Of a stretch of DNA of 64,000 nt, positions 13,021-25,065 are shown in pieces (the stretch's first letter is position 1; every line of letters starts with the position of its first letter). Origin of the DNA: Chlorokybus atmophyticus (taxonomy: Eukaryota; Plantae; Mesostigma and Chlorokybus algae). The stretch lies in NCBI GenBank assembly GCA_009103225.1, contig RHPI01002823.1, positions 195,104 through 259,103 on the forward strand, given 5' to 3'. The translations under genes and the position numbers were made by a program. The notes beneath the pieces are model-generated. The model had not been told where the DNA came from. It searched no databases and worked only from the letters and a program-made list of their open reading frames with translations.

Positions 13021-14337
13021 TTATCTGTTTGGTTGTGCAGATTGCGAACAAGCAAGCATGAGTGTTGGGTATGCAGTGGTTGGCCAGTTTGTTGTGTTGA
13101 TAAGGCAGCGAGTAGAGATCTGACACACAAGGGCAATAGCGAAGCTAGATAGCTGAGGTTGTATAGGCAGCCCGGTGGTAAACCAAGTTGTTGCCATGTT
13201 GGACTGTGCTTGTGCTTGCGTATGTGACAAGGCCGTGCAATGGTGAGTCACATGCACACCATTGCATATATTCTACACAATCTGACACACAAGTAGGCGT
13301 GCGTGGGCTGACGCGTGCATGTGTGTGACTTGGTTTCAACTTGTAACTTCATATGTGCATTGTGCTTACCACATCGCGCGCAGCGTAGAAGTTGTTTGCA
13401 GAGGCTGTTGAGTCAACCCCGCGGAAGCCGACCTTGTCCGCACCTGAAGCCCACTTGTCACCCGTGTCACCAATTTTCTTTGTGGGGAACGGATTGTGTC
13501 TGCAACAAGTGATAGCGCATTGACTTGAGTCAAACATCCTTATGGAGGCATTAGACCACACACGCATCAACACGCACACGCAGAGGTGCGTGCAGGTGCG
13601 CATGCAATTGTGTACATGTGACTGCAAGTGCACATCAACATAGGGGGTCGCACGCGTACACACACACCTGGTTGAGTTGAGCGCCGCCTGGTACTCCGCC
13701 GCTGCCATTGAGTCAGGAAGCGTGCCGAATGGCGCCACGCCGTGTACGTCCCTCCCATGACCTTGAGGCACCATGGCTGATAACACAAAGACGTTGTTCA
13801 TGTCCTAGCAACAACAAGATCTATTCTAGTATGTTGTGTATTGACATATATGTGGCTTCATTAGGTCAGCTGATCACCTGCCATATGCATCGCATAGCAG
13901 CGGAAAGCAAGGGACGCGCAGAAATAGTTGGTTAGTTATATATCATATGTCCCTGTTGCCCGTATTGAACAAGCACAGTCGCCCGTTAGCCATTCACGCA
14001 AATTGCCTTTATTCACAACATCTACGTTACGCAGAGTGTGTTTCTGTTCTGTATACCTTTGCCGCTGCGTTTCGTTCCGTTGGAGTCTGCCTCCTCTCCA
14101 CCATATAACAGGTTGGGAACCGAGCACGCCGCCGCCCGCGCGCTGCTCTTGCGACCTGACCTCAACACCTCATCCGCCTGATCACTGCAGGTGGCGAAAG
14201 AAGAGTGAGACACATATAACAGCTATGTCCACCTGGTTGGACAATTCTAAGCTCAAGCCACACTCAAGCAGAAATGCTAAGGCTGGCGACGTGTGCATAA
14301 ATCCTTACGTGCCCCATGGAGCAGACATGCCAGCCAT
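13021..14337 (-). CDS. Uncharacterised multi-exon protein, tail-to-tail with NOP14
   Basis: GT-AG exons with compatible phases: MAGMSAPWG|TDQADEVLRSGRK...SGK; DMNNVFVLSAMVPQGHGRDVHGVAPFGTLPDSMAAAEYQAALNSTR|HNPFPTKKIGDTGDKWASGADKVGFRGVDSTASANNFYAARDV|SNMATTW.... One junction near 13900-14050 is unresolved. No family recognised. Confidence 0.45.
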
Positions 14338-15120
14338 TGCTCGCTGCTGTTTGTCGCTGCGCCGCTATTGCTAATGTCCGCTGTGAGGTTTTACTGCCGC
14401 CGCCGCCGCCGCCGCTTGCTCCTGTTTGTTCTCAGCTTGCCACGTGGACAGGAAACAGTTGCTGTACGACACAGAAAAGAGAGCACAACACGATGTCGTC
14501 GCACTGCAAAAACACGGGTATATCACAGGTGGGCGACGGCGCGAGCATGCCTGGCATTAGTTTTGCGCAAAAATACAACTAAGGCCAAAGCATGATTGCA
14601 GTTCCTGGATGTCACGTGAGGCCGTCCAGACGCGTTGCATCAATGCTCGCGCAACATTCTGCACCCTAAAGATTGCACGAGGCGCATTTAGGCATCGTTG
14701 GTGTTGCTGCATGAGTGCTAAATTTGGTCATGCCAACTTGTGGTGTGTGGAGTTAATTACCGGGAAATCAATGTAGAAGTGAGTAGTAACTTACTATAGT
14801 TGATCGTGGCCATGATTAAGCACTATTGACATTGCTTTGACAAAACAACGTGAATAATGTAATGGGCTTATGTGCTTGCAAGGCTCAACGTGTGCTTGTG
14901 ATTTTTGTGTATGATAGTGCCAATCAATACTGTTGGGTCGGCCGAGCTGACCTATCGATATTGCAACTTTATCATCAATGTTATTAACATTGTTTGTTGC
15001 GCTATGATCTGATTAAGCCTCGGTTTTGGTTTACTATATGAGTTGTATATAATTCAAAGTTGTTGTGCGTACAGCTTAACATGCATCAGATGCTATAAAA
15101 GGTTCATATTACACGCGGCG

Positions 15121-15247
15121 NNNNNNNNNNNNNNNNNNNNNNNNNNNNNNNNNNNNNNNNNNNNNNNNNNNNNNNNNNNNNNNNNNNNNNNNNNNNNNNN
15201 NNNNNNNNNNNNNNNNNNNNNNNNNNNNNNNNNNNNNNNNNNNNNNN
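15121..15247. other. Assembly gap (127 N)
   Basis: Run of N characters followed by a G run. Confidence 0.99.
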
Positions 15248-15630
15248 GGGGGGGGCTAGGGTACCACACTTTTATGAAGTATTTGCATAGGCGCTGTGGT
15301 AGCACAGCTTCCAGCTGCTGTTACCTCAACACTTAACAATTACGCATTCATCTGAGCAGCACTTACATAAAATAGACCTCCAACAAAGATCAAGTGGTCG
15401 TATTCACATTAAATTACAGAATAGTTCGAGGTTAGCCAACCTCGAACTTTTTTGTCTGTATATGCATACCACCTAATCTCACTTATTGTTCTTGGTATTG
15501 CCCGGCAAAGGCTTTATTGCTTATACTAGGTGCTATGTAACAAAAATGCGCATACATCATAATCAAGTGGGCTGCTTGTCAGAATGTTGCCTCCACTATG
15601 TGGCACGCGGTCGTGGCATGTTTCTGCCTT

Positions 15631-17130
15631 TTACGTGTTGAGCTGCACGTGGTTGGAGCTTGAGAGTACTTTGCTGTCGCTGTTGGCTTTGTGTAGGGTT
15701 GCATTTACAGTGGTGAGGACACGGAACGCGCGCTGAGTATCTGCCTGCAATCGCAACAATGTTTTCAAGTTAGGACTCCCAGCTTGGGAGATAATTGCAC
15801 AGCGTATAGAGCTCAACTTCGGCGCACACACTATAACGCACAGGCCACATACGTAGTTGTGCGCTTGCGCAGCTGAAACATCTTTTTGTACAAAGTCTGG
15901 CGATGGCGCCGGAAGGCTTGCGACACTGCCAACACATGCAAGTGATTGAGAAACCAGTGCGGCCGAATGTGGCATGTGGCATATGTATGGCGTGCAAGTA
16001 GATGACACAAACCAGTACAAGTTTACACGTACGAGGGGCACCCGGGTTGGATGTGATGATGGAGCGCTGGTGTGACAGGAGCTTGTTTGCAGACCCGCTA
16101 CACAACAACTCCTGCAGTTGACGGGTACAACACAAGGCGCATTCACCACGTTGGCACAGCGGCTGTACATGTGTCTGAACATGCACACTGCTTGGTGTCT
16201 CTCTACAAGTGCATGACATCACTCAGTGACTTACCGGCAGCTGGTGTTCGGAGTCCAGCTGTGCAATGTAGTCTTGGATGCGGTCCAGACTTCTGAGCTG
16301 CCGGTAAGGCCACCGGGGGATGCCCAATCGCCTGGCAAACAGCTTCATGTACTGCAACATAATCAGCAAGTTTCAGCAATACAACTCACCAAAGCACTGC
16401 TGACACACCAACAAGAATGTCTTACTGTTCGGCCGACACCCATGAAGTCAGCAGCGTCCTTTATCTGCATCTGGAAGGCCGCCTGGAGCATCTCTTTGGT
16501 GATGTGCGATGTCGGGTCGAGCCACGCCTTTCGCTGCTTCTTGCTGCTGTTGCTGCCTGGCTGGCTGTGCGGACTGCCGTCCTCGCTGCTGCTGCTGGCA
16601 CTCTGCTTGTTGCTGTCGTCAAGGTTGGCGTGGTTTCTCATGTTGCCAACGGTGGCGCCCGCTGCCTTGTTTCTCATGTGGTTGAAGTCCGCCAGACAGC
16701 TGTCGCTGATGTCCCACAGCTTGTGCAGTACCACTGTGGCAGACTGGCACAACTTCTCATCTTTTTCCACCTGTACAACTAGCTGCTGCTGCTGCTGCTG
16801 TTGCTTCTGGTCTCTCCTCTCCTCTTGCTCTTCATCACCAATGCCCACCGAAGGCCTCCACGCAGCTGTGAGTGTCACAAGATGAAGGTTAATAAAATGT
16901 CCACACTGTGACAGTACCGGGTAGTGAACGTTCAGCTCCATGTTTCTTCTCGGATACACCAAGTGGTATGTCGACTGTGCGAGTGCCTGTGTTGAGTTGT
17001 TACCAATATCCGGAATGGTGAATGGGTCGGGACTGAAGTAGCCTTCAGCTGGGACGCTGAACAAGTCTTCAAGTGTTGCACAGAGTATTGGATAGTCCGA
17101 GCAGCGTTCGGGGTTAGAGGCAGTCTCCAT
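15631..17130 (-). CDS. RWP-RK domain transcription factor (RKD/MID-like)
   Basis: Joining the exon ending at 16426 (HITKEMLQAAFQMQIKDAADFMGVGRT|gtaag) to exon 16351-16235 (ttgcag|YMKLFARRLGIPRWPYRQLRSLDRIQDYIAQLDSEHQLP|gtaagt) in phase 0 gives a complete RWP-RK domain. The second exon is absent from the ORF track. Start (ATG 17130) and 3' exons are less certain; upstream spliced exons may reach ~18376. Confidence 0.85.
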
Positions 17131-17238
17131 GTTATCAAACGCTTGCAAGAACTGCAGCACAAGGGAAGGTTGAGTCTTGTGTGCGCAGGCGTGTGTGGTT
17201 GTTTGCGTGTGTCACACACAGAGACTCTCTCTTTTGGA

Positions 17239-18012
<774 letters not shown>

Positions 18013-19438
18013 CAGGGAGTGGGGGTCATGCACACCAGGAGGTCATGTTGCAGGTGCAGCTTGATGCTGACCGCCAAACAGCATCCTGCAGCAGACAATA
18101 ACGCTTCAAACAAATTGAACTGCACACCCACCCTGCGCCGTCATTCTTTCAGTTAAGCAAGTGCAGCACACCACCAGACGTATTGCTCTTGGACTTGCGC
18201 TAAGCCAACACTGTTCTATGACTGCGTTAGAGTTCAAGTGGCTCAACCGACGTGCAGCAGTGCAACGATCCATGAAGTGGGCAGCAAGCACAAAGAGCAT
18301 CGATACTCTTATTGACGAAAGCCAATCAGCAGCCGCCTTACCTATGTGTAGTCGTAGCACGACAAGCTCTGGACATGCCACAGGCAGCAGCTGGCAGTGG
18401 GTAAGGTAGTTTCCTCTCGCCCCGCACTCGTCCACTGCTACAAAGTTTTGCTTCTGCTCCTCTACCGCCGTCTAGCCTCTTCCCGCCGCCGCCGCCGCAG
18501 CAGTGTGTCTCCGCAAGCACTGCGCAGAGCAGCATAGCAACTTGTGGTAGGCTACTTTTTCCTACTTTCTCAGTGCTGCTTGCCTTTTTACCTCTCGGCT
18601 GTGCTCAGCAATGTCAATTCCCTCAATCCCCTTGTCAATGTCAGCCAAGATAACGTCCTACACAACTTGTGACACAAGTGCCTACCACAAGTTATAACCG
18701 GCCGCATGTGCAGGTGTCCGACGTCTTGAGGAGGCCGACCGAAGGTGTGCAGGCGGGAATGAAGGCAATCAACTAAGTAGACCGGCTATTCCGGTCAGGC
18801 GCCAATGCGACGACTTGCTTCTAGCGGGGGTCTTTTGGCCCTCTGCATGAAGAGGATTTGTGCTCGTGAACGAGATTCCTTTCTGCCTGGCAGCGGCAGT
18901 TAGACCTCTGACTCGGCGGTGTCCGGGACACCGTATTCCACTGCTTTCTCATGCGTGCGGCAGCTTTTGTTTCGCCGGTAAGCTGATGCCTATGAGGGGC
19001 CTCAGCGAGCCCGTCCACGCCTCCGGGCTACCGGAGGATGCAATCAACCCCACCCATATGCTGTGACTCGCGGCGGGACGTGAGTAATGGTTTATATACT
19101 GCAATCAAGGTGTAGGTGTTTCGGTACTACAGGAGCTTTGGTTATGGTACCTGAGTGACGCGCCAATACACATTTTGCACGGAACCTGTCTTTACCTGAC
19201 AACCGCCCATGGCTACGTCGTAAGGACGCCTTTGCCAAACAGTCGGAAGTTCCGACTGTTCTGGTTCGGAACGCACAGGGGACAGGCGGAAGGCCCAGTA
19301 TGCTGCCGGCGCGAGCTTCTTCGTCCGATGGTTTTGGGATCGAGTGGTCTGGATCTGCGGTCGAGGCGCGACTCGTATCAGATGAGAGTGACTTGCCGCA
19401 CTCTTGTGTTCTGTCACAGCGCCCTTAAGACTCGTGTA

Positions 19439-21740
19439 GGGTAAATTGCCTAAAGTTGGGAATGTTTTGGGGTTTTAAGGGTATAGCGCACGGCTATTGG
19501 GATTTTGGCGGACATGTATATAAGTCAATTGAAGCTAAGAATATATGCTATGCAACGCATATTTTTTCATGATTTATGGAGCCTTGTAGCGTCAGTCATC
19601 GCGCGCCAAAGTAGGGTGTGTGGCATCAAAAAGTGAAAAGTCGATTTGCCCGAACTTGGTGACTCAAGAAAGGCTGTCAGCAGCCTTTCTCGAATCCTCA
19701 AGCACAGTCAGCGTGTGGGCAGCAGCCATTGTGAATCGGCTGATGTCTGGCGCTACAGGCTGGGCTGCGGGTGGCTGACAGCCTTGATAGGTGGTGATGG
19801 CCAGGCCTTTCCAGCTGCAGCCGTTTGGCGCCGCCAAACGACGCAGCTGGCGCCAGAATGCCTTGCACTGTTGCATGCAAGATTAGGCAGCAAGAAGGCG
19901 GCGACATAGCTCAGGGTGTAGGCAGCATGCATGAGGTGAGCAAGAGTGGGCGCTTGTATTGCATGCATGTCTATGTACAAGGTGTTGTTTGTTTGCTTGT
20001 TCCTAGCTATCTATGCTTGGCTGGCCGTGTGGTTCTGGCGCCTCTTCAATTTCCATCTCTTGCCCGCCTCCTTGGCGAGGTGGTTGGGCTGGGGGGCGAG
20101 CTGGTGTCCTCGGCAGTCCCACAGGGAGTTTAGAGAGTTGCTGTAGGTCAAGGGGTCAGCAGTGTACTTGTTCAGCAGCTCTCCAGCTTCCCTTGCTGTG
20201 CGCTCCCTCTGCTCTCTCTCTCTGTTGAATGCTTGTGCATGCTCAGCCTTCTCTCTCTCGGCTTCTGCCTGTGCCTCAGCCTTTGCCTGCCTGCGCTTCT
20301 CCTTCTCTCTCTCAGCCAGCATCTTGTTTAAGGCTCTTTCCTTATTCTTGGTTGCCAATTTCTCTGCCTTGTTGATTGCCTCCTGTGTTGCCTGCTTCTT
20401 TTTGTGTGCTGCTGCCTCCTTGCGTGCTTGCTTGGCTGCTGCCTGGTCTGCCTTCTCCTGGTCGATCCTCTCCAGTTTGTCTGCTATCTCTTGAGATGTG
20501 AGTAGCTCAGCTGGCTTGAATCCCTTCCTTCTCTTCGTTGGCTCCTTTGTGCTTGTGCCAGCCTCCTCGTTGTTGTCTTCATGCTTGTCCTCAGCCTCCT
20601 CTTGTATAGCTGTTAGCAGTGCAGACAGGCCAGGAGGGGGAGGGGCCTCTTCTTTGTCGGTGAAGTACTTGTCGCACACATGCAGGTCCAGAGGCCACAA
20701 CCCACAGGCGCGGAAGCCATTGATGATGTTGGGGGCAGAGAGACCAGCATAGTAAGGTGCCACTAGCATGCTTAGGAACTCCTTCCGGGAGAGGTCATAC
20801 TAAGAGCGCTCATCGTTTCTCCTTTGGTATTCTTTCCTGTAACACCCCTTGAAGGGGGGAAAACAAGAAATGTCTAACACTTGCAGTCTGTGTGTAGTGT
20901 GAGGGGGGAGGACGAGGATGTGAAGGCCATGCTCTTGTGCGTAGCGTATCATGCTCACATTGTATCTCCTAACGTGCCCGTCCACCATCAGCAGTGCAGG
21001 GTTGAAAGGGCGGCAACCTCCTGGCATCCACTCTGCTAGCTTCCTGATCCACATCTTAGAGATCTCTATTGTCATCCAGGCATTTTCCTGGCAGTAGAAC
21101 ATGGCTCCTGGCACGCTGAAGGCTTTGTTGTCAGCTGTCAACCACTGCCCCTTGACAATCACCAACGGTGGGGCAGCCATTCCAGCACCGGTAACAGCAC
21201 ACATCATGGTGATATGTTCTCTGCTTCCATTAGCTGTTTGAGCCCATTTGGCACCACTGTGCATCACAGGTGTGTATCAGTCTCTGCTTGTAACATGCAT
21301 AGCTCAACATGCTAACATTGCTTACCATTTACAAATGATTCTCTCATTGTTGTTAGCAGTGTCTGGCTCGATGCCAACTTTGTCCGCACTTATGATCCTC
21401 TCTGGCCCAATCCCCAACTCGTCAACAGTTTCTGCTAGCAGGCGAAAGTATGGGTAGACTGCATCCCTCCTGAAGCTCACCCTCCTAGACTTGTCCAGGT
21501 TCTGCTTTCCTGCTGACTAGGTTCTGTCTTGCCTGAAAAAGTCTACACCACTTTTAGCCAGGTACTCCCCCTTTAAACATCTGCTTCCTTGGATCACTGG
21601 CTAGCCTTTTGCCAGCCTCTACACATATTTCTCACCAGGTAACTCCCCTCCCCCATTTGTTGCGTTGAATGACCCACTGTGCCAGGTCTGTTTCTTCCTC
21701 TTCTGTAAAGAGTGGAGGTGCACCAGTGCCTCTGCATTGC
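19439..21740 (-). mobile_element. pogo-like (Tc1/mariner superfamily, DDE_1) DNA transposon, 5'-truncated
   Basis: Transposase remnants on the minus strand. A putative terminus TA|GGGTAAATTGCCTAAAGTTGGG lies at 19437-19460. I found no matching opposite terminus. Confidence 0.7.
20011..21735 (-). pseudogene. pogo-like DDE transposase pseudogene
   Basis: PPLFTEEEETDLAQWV (CENP-B-like HTH), YFRLLAETVDELGIGPERIISADKVG, REHITMMCAVTGAG...PPLVIVKG, ALLMVDGH, LPPHTTHRLQVLDISCFPPFK, NIINGFRACGLWPLD. In-frame stop at 20800-20802 plus further stops/frameshifts upstream. Confidence 0.88.
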
Positions 21741-21813
21741 ATATACTTGTGTGAGAACCCTTGCATTATGCTCGGTCTACACGCACATTATTAGCAGCAG
21801 GGTGTGCAAGCAG

Positions 21814-24800
21814 ATCAAGCTATATGTCGGCCAGCGTCCATTACAGTACGATGCGGGTCATGTTGAACCGGGGAGTTCGATTCAAGATGCGCACATGCCT
21901 GATGCTGAAGGATTCCTCCAGGAGACACACGCACAGCAGCAACAGGAGGAGGAGGAAGTGAACGAGGGCTTTCGATGTGTGCGTGTGCCTGAGAAACCTG
22001 TGGCACGCCAACATGGAAGTGGAGGCGTCCCTTCGCACGCGTCGGAATCCAGGTGGTATGGCTCGGAGCATGCTCTTGCAGTGGCATTCGTGCAGTGCAA
22101 CAACGACCAAGGCCTGTCGGCCTCCGACATGGGGCGGATCATCAAGTGCATCCGAAATGCACACTTCCTGACGGAAGAGCTCCAGTGGGAGACCGGTGTG
22201 CATGTGGCCAGCTACCTCCGGACCACGATTGCTTTCTCTCAGTCTGAGGTGTGTTCACGGTGTGCGGTGCATGTGCTTCAACCATCGGAGCCATGTTACA
22301 TATGCACATGCGAGTGTGCTGCCGTATCAAAACTACGTGACGGCTGACCTGCGCAAGCCTGGAGACCCTGAGGATCAGGACATCTGCGTCACATATATGC
22401 CGGCCAAGGTCTGTGACATGCAGTACCTAATGCAGTATCGATGCAGTATCTATTTTGAGGCCAGCATAGTAAGTAATGCTCTCGGTCGGAGCAGGTATGG
22501 CTCGCGCGGTTGTATGGCAATCCACATGCCGCCAATGGCTTCAATCTCCAGTACACTGCTGACGAGCACAGCTTTGGCCATCCTTCCACGGGCGATTGGT
22601 GGAAGGATGTGGAGGTGGATTTGAGGAGAGAGGTGGGGGAAGCGTCCTACTTGGCGCCTGCCATTCTGTACAGTGACAAGACCACGCTGGACAGCGCGGG
22701 CAAGCGCTCTGGCTACCCTCTGATGGCATCGCTTGCCAACTACAGCTGGGACATGTATGCTAGCAACATGGGGGTTGTTATAATAGCGCTTCTGCCAGTG
22801 GTTCACGCAGTGGCCGAGCATCCCACCTGGGCGCAGGGCAAGGAATCGTTCTCCATTCGGAAACGTGAGATTTTTCATGACGCTTTGAATGTAGTGTTAG
22901 GGGATGTGAAGCGGGCGAGTTGGGAAGGTCTGCAGCTCATCGACCCGAATGGCATCGAGCGTCGTGTGTTTCCCGCGCTTGCCAACTACATCAGCGATTT
23001 GCAGGTAGTGGGCATGAATGGTTGTAACCGGATGCAGCCCGCCAGCAAACAGTGCATGGAGGATGTTGTCAGTAGAACATCTGAGTTTGTCGTGTTGTAG
23101 GAGACTGCCACACTCGCACGCACTGTGTCGGGCAACCAAACACGACATCCTTGCGATGTTTGTCTCGTCACCAAATCAGATCTGTTGGAGATGGATGAGG
23201 ACCGGGAATTGAGAACCGAGGCCTTCTACACACCAGCAATACGTCAGCTGCGGGCGGACCTGCATAGCGGTGTTAGGAATGCACGCCAGACAGCCAAGGC
23301 TTTCAAAGAGCAGCACTCCATGCATGTCGAGGAGGTAATGGTCAAATTACCGGCATTCGTGAGGATGAATGGCTTTCCGTGAAACCAGGCAATGTGGTTT
23401 GGCAACAGAATGCACTGTGGGGTTGGCGACAGTCGCGGGTGCCGGGAGCTGACTGCTACTCTCGTCTTGCCCCTGACGCAATGCATGTGCTGGGAGGCAT
23501 CATTGACCACCTGCTTGCTGCTGTGTACGACGCCGCGAAGGAACGAATGCGTCCATCCACGAGACAGATTCTGCAGGCCAGGCACGTCTTTGGTGTTGCT
23601 TTCGTGTTGAACACAAAAGCCAACAACACGTGCTCACGAGCAGATGTGCACAGGCTGAATGCATGCAAGGCGACTCTGCGGGTTTCGCACTTCAAGGCAC
23701 CCACAAGCACAGTAGATTTCTTCCTGTCCAACCACTCCTTGCAGGTGGTGGAGAAAGTGGCGGTGCTGCAGCTGCTGCCGCTCCTCGCAGACGGTTTGCT
23801 GCTCGACAGTGAGGGCAACGATTTCTTCACCATTGCTGCCGCATCGCTTGCCCTATGGAACAAGAAGTTGCTCAAGGCGCATGAACACACAAGAGAGACC
23901 CTGACCACAGCCGACAACGAGCTGGCTGCCTTCAAAGCTGCAGTGTTGCATCCGCTACTGTCGTCATATTCTGCACAGAAGTCAGGTTGGAAGATCGAGA
24001 AGATGCATCAGCTCACTCATTTTGGGCCGGCAATTGTGGACAGTGGACACCCAGATTGGTTCAGCGCCAACCGCATGGAGCAGACGCACGCCCAAAATAT
24101 CAGACGGTGGGCGCGTGGTGGCAACAACCGGGACTACCAGGCACGTATCCTGAAGGCATGGAGCTGTGCGGAATATGTGAGAGAGGATGGCATGGTCGTG
24201 GATCCCGAGATGCGCTCGGTCATGGCGCAGGCGCGGCAGCAGTGCTGTAATGTCATGGAGAAGACGGACAAGTTGCTACGGATGGATGTGCTGACAAGGA
24301 GGGAGTCCAGCCCGTACTGGAGCGGATCTGCGCGTAGCCGCCAAGTCGCCTTGAAGACTCCATTTGCCGACAAGCTGCCTGCCACCCTGGACAGCTGGTT
24401 GAGGAGGGAACAACTGGAGTTGGCCGACGGGTGGCGTGCTGTTCGCGTGGTGAACGGAGGCGCAGCGGTGTACATGACATCAGGAGTCAGCATGGCGCGC
24501 GCAACTGGGATGTTCCATGGGCGGCCTTGTTTCTCTACACTTGAGTTGGAAGGTGATGAGGACGGTGTGAACGTGACGTGGTGGGCTCATGCACTCCTTT
24601 TTCTGCGCGTGGTGGTGTGGGGTGGTAGCGGCGAGCGCGTGTGGAAGGAGGTCGTGTTTGTCCGCTGGTACACGAAGCTGGATGTGACGAGCGACACAAA
24701 GTGCATCGCTCTGGAATGGGAAAAGCGTCGAGGCGGTCCACATCTCGATGTCGTGACTCTGGAGCAAGTAAAAGGCATTGTCCAGCTGCTCCCCATGTTT

Positions 24801-24866
24801 GACAAGGACAGCGCCCGTGTACAAGAGGGCAAGTATTGGGTGAACGTTCACTGCACTTCCACGTGA
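21814..24866 (+). CDS. Plavaka-family transposase (CACTA/Mirage-related), spliced, first exon(s) missing
   Basis: HPSTGDWW, AILYSDKT, SGYPLMASLAN, REIFHDALNVVL, DPNGIERRVFPALANYISDLQE, HPCDVCLV, LAPDAMHVLGG, WKIEKMHQLTHF, NRMEQTH and C-terminal VFVRWY match the Plavaka motif order. GT-AG introns at ~22250, ~22410, ~23007 and ~23336. One acceptor (~22330) reads CAA instead of CAG. Confidence 0.88.
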
Positions 24867-25065
24867 CACATGTACTTGTCTCACTACTCTCAGTTTGGAG
24901 CATATCAGTCAGTTAGGCATTGCTGATCGTATGGTAAAACTTTTGCATGTGGACATGTACAATACCGGGCAGCTGTCACTGCACAACTGTCACCACAATC
25001 GAATGTGCCATGCAACATTCAAGAATCAGTCCGCCGCGTGGCATTAAGCATACAGTGCACCACAC

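Noticed and set aside
19139-19152. GGTTATGGTACC as a copia PBS
   Set aside because: It is not adjacent to a ...CA LTR end, is mismatched, and no gag follows.
18780-19405. Group I/II intron or hammerhead ribozyme
   Set aside because: No domain V, P7 or CUGAUGA...GAAA core found by eye; kept only as an unexplained structured segment.
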